Source: the human T2T-CHM13v2.0 reference genome, Homo sapiens | NCBI RefSeq assembly: GCF_009914755.1 | Contig: NC_060930.1 | Direction: 5' to 3' (one strand) | DNA: 64,000 nucleotides | Shown here: positions 61,514-64,000 of the stretch, one piece after another | Numbering within the stretch: the first letter of the stretch is position 1 | Layout of the letters: each line of letters begins with the position of its first letter | Position numbers and translations under genes: made by a program | Notes under the pieces: generated by a model | What the model was told of the DNA's origin: nothing | Databases searched by the model: none | Seen by the model: only the letters and a program-made list of their open reading frames with translations

Positions 61514-62260
61514 CAGAAGAGATGAGGCTGAAGAAGGGAGGAGCTCAAGCCTGAAACATTTAGCCCCAACTCCCACAGCAGCCCAACTAGGAAAAGACTA
61601 GAAACTACTGCCATGAGCTCCACCACTCCAGCAAAACTCACTCTGGTTCCCAAAGGGCAAATCAGCTGCACTTCTTTTACAAGGGTGGTGGAGCTATCGA
61701 AGCAAAGGATTTAAGAAGTGTTTGCGAAATGCATCAGACAATTCAATCCATCAATAATGACAACAACTAGAGTAATAATAATTAGCCTTCACTGGGTCCT
61801 AACTGTGCAGGCACTTTACTAGATTATCTCATTTAATCTATACCACAGTCCTGAGAGATAGACCACATTACTGTCCATTTTACAGATGAGTAAATGAAGG
61901 CATACTGTACTTAAGACAGACATGGAAGGTACATTGGGTGTGGAATCAGGATTTAAAACCAGATAGTCCAATGACACAGTCTGTACTCTTAGAGATCAAA
62001 GAAAATATTGTAGCAAATAAAAACTTTCACAAGTCTCACAGCTAATACAAAGGCATTTCCAGGTAACAACACACAAGTGGGGGCCAGTGGTGTCCATTCA
62101 TACCTGAAACAGCAGTCGAGAGACCTAGAACCTCAGCCTGAAACACCTTGGGCAGATCACAGCAATCACTCCTTTGTGCTTCTGAGTTTTCAGTCTTGAA
62201 TCCAGAGAGCAATACCAATACCTACCCACCTGACCCAGAAGCACAAAGACTGCTACTCAC

Positions 62261-62403
62261 GTGTGTATACTGATCTAGCCGATAGCCCTTCTGGGCAGCC
62301 GGGGGAGTAAGGACAAGGTGTCGAGGCTGACGGAGGCTGAACCTGCCACAGAAGGGCTCCGTCCCACTGGTGAGGTCCCCATCAGAGTTGGAAACTTCTG
62401 GGC
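62261..62403 (-). CDS. PKHD1: Fibrocystin exon 19 (143 bp; [10 protein letters not shown]...DQYTH)
   Basis: cag/gtgagt boundaries; translation match. Confidence 0.96.
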
Positions 62404-62477
62404 CTGGATGCAGTTCAGATAAAATAGAAAGGCAGGCATAGATATTAAAAAAGACAGAGCTTCCCTACATGTGTGCA

Positions 62478-62724
62478 TGAGGATTTTAGAGTATCTCACT
62501 TAAGAAAACCCCCGTTCTAACCCAATTACCCATGCAACCTTGAGTAAGTAACTCAACCTCTCTGAGCCTCAGTTCCTCAACTCTAACTCCCCCAGCATCC
62601 TTGGTTTCTAACTCAGGGACAAAGTTGTTGGCACAAGAAGACTTTAGAGCAGGAGTTTTCAACCTCAGCACTATTAATATTTTAGGGGCTGGATAATTCT
62701 TTGTTGTAGGGGCTGTCCTGTTCA
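62478..62724 (+). repeat. Local direct repeat copy 2 (MIR piece plus truncated MER20)
   Basis: About 90% identical by eye to 61125-61374. Confidence 0.95.
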
Positions 62725-63371
62725 CCATGATATGGGCCCCTCAGCCCTGGGAGGAATGGCCACAGCATGAGTGGTCAGCACCCCTGGCTTGAAAGCTCCA
62801 GCTATAAGAAACTCATTCTGTGTTCCCTGGAGCCTTGAAAACCCTTTAGCATTTTCTCTGTGTAGCAGGATACGGAAAACTATTGAGAAGCAAAAAGACA
62901 AGGAATATCAAGATGGAAGAGGTGTTCAAAAATAACTAGAATTTAGTTCGCCTTAGTAGTAGTTTTAAAAACATACCCTAACATTTTAAGAATTTCTTAA
63001 GACTACTTTCTTAAGTAGTAATTCCTTTAGATGTAATCTGAAGATTAGCATGGTTTTGGCTATGTTTGCATGTTTCTCACCTATGTCTTTGACCTTTTCC
63101 CACCGTGTGGCATGGGGAGTATAGGAGGGTGCTGCACTCTACCTAACAGCCCAGGAGGAATGCCTTTCCTTTCTATTGACACCCACCGAGCATCAACCTC
63201 CCAAGCACAGTGCAGTGCCAGTCCCTCAGCCACTCAGTGTCCAAATCCAGGTTTCATATTTTTTTTTTACTCTGTTATCACCTTGGAGAGGAAATGGGGA
63301 TTGTTCTCATTTTATAGAAAGAAAGAAGACCATGATGAAAAAGACAATCAGAATGAAGCCACGGACAGCAC

Positions 63372-63462
63372 CTCGTTCAAATCCAAGCCGGAGAAGGATG
63401 TTAGACCAAAGGGGTTCCAGTTTGCATTTTACTGCAAGTAACTCCTCAATGGTTGTTTGAAT
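63372..63462 (-). CDS. PKHD1: Fibrocystin exon 18 (91 bp; [14 protein letters not shown]...GFER)
   Basis: AG/GT boundaries; frame continuous with exon 17 across a 101-bp intron. Confidence 0.96.
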
Positions 63463-63563
63463 CTATTACAAAGGAAAAAAATGCCAGGAATTTATATCAT
63501 GAGCATAAAGACCACCCCCAGTTCTCCCACTCCCCTCCCTCATTTTTTGAAGAAGTCTCCCAC

Positions 63564-63653
63564 CAGATGGGCTGTGGCATTTGCAGGGATTGGCTGACTA
63601 GAGACATTGTCCCAAGTAAGGAAGAAGTTTCCTCTGCCTGATACATTCAGCAC
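63564..63653 (-). CDS. PKHD1: Fibrocystin exon 17 (90 bp; [11 protein letters not shown]...ATAHL)
   Basis: AG/GT boundaries; translation matches fibrocystin. Confidence 0.96.
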
Positions 63654-64000
63654 CTAAAAAAGTCAAGACAGACAAGACTAAATGATGGTGCTAATTAAGC
63701 CAGAGAGACAATCTAAGAACACAGGACATTCCTCCTCAACTTGCTATTTCCTTTTTATTATAATTTTAACTTTTCAATGCTTTAACATTCAGAAATCTCT
63801 GAGGAACACAGCATCATTGCCTAATGAGAACTTTTGTTGGACTAACAGAGATGTCAGTCTTCCTATTTATCTGTGCCCCTTGATTGAGAGTATGAGATGT
63901 AACAGTTGCCATTGAATGCTGCACTTTCAGCCCCTCTCACCAATTGCTTTCTCCCAAGGGTAGCCCAGCAGGCAGAAGCAGCTCCATGGCATGCACCCTC

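Overview
Human genomic DNA covering the middle of PKHD1 (fibrocystin/polyductin, the ARPKD gene, 6p12) on the minus strand. Nineteen coding exons (17-35 in canonical numbering, c.1513-5751) were read with GT-AG boundaries and a continuous frame, including the 1608-bp exon 32. Positions 1-17046 are intron 35. The haplotype carries R760C, A1262V and L1870V relative to the canonical protein as I recall it. Introns hold Alu, L1, L2, MIR, MaLR/ERV LTR and DNA-transposon remnants. The standout is a ~1.35-kb poly(A)-tailed, AATAAA-bearing minus-strand insertion in intron 35 (~12574-15095). It is split by L1PB1 and Alus, appears to sit inside a hAT MITE, and carries a decayed reading frame I cannot assign to a known repeat or host gene. 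That frame shows several colinear motif matches to foamy-virus Bet/Bel2. The match is from memory and needs a profile search.
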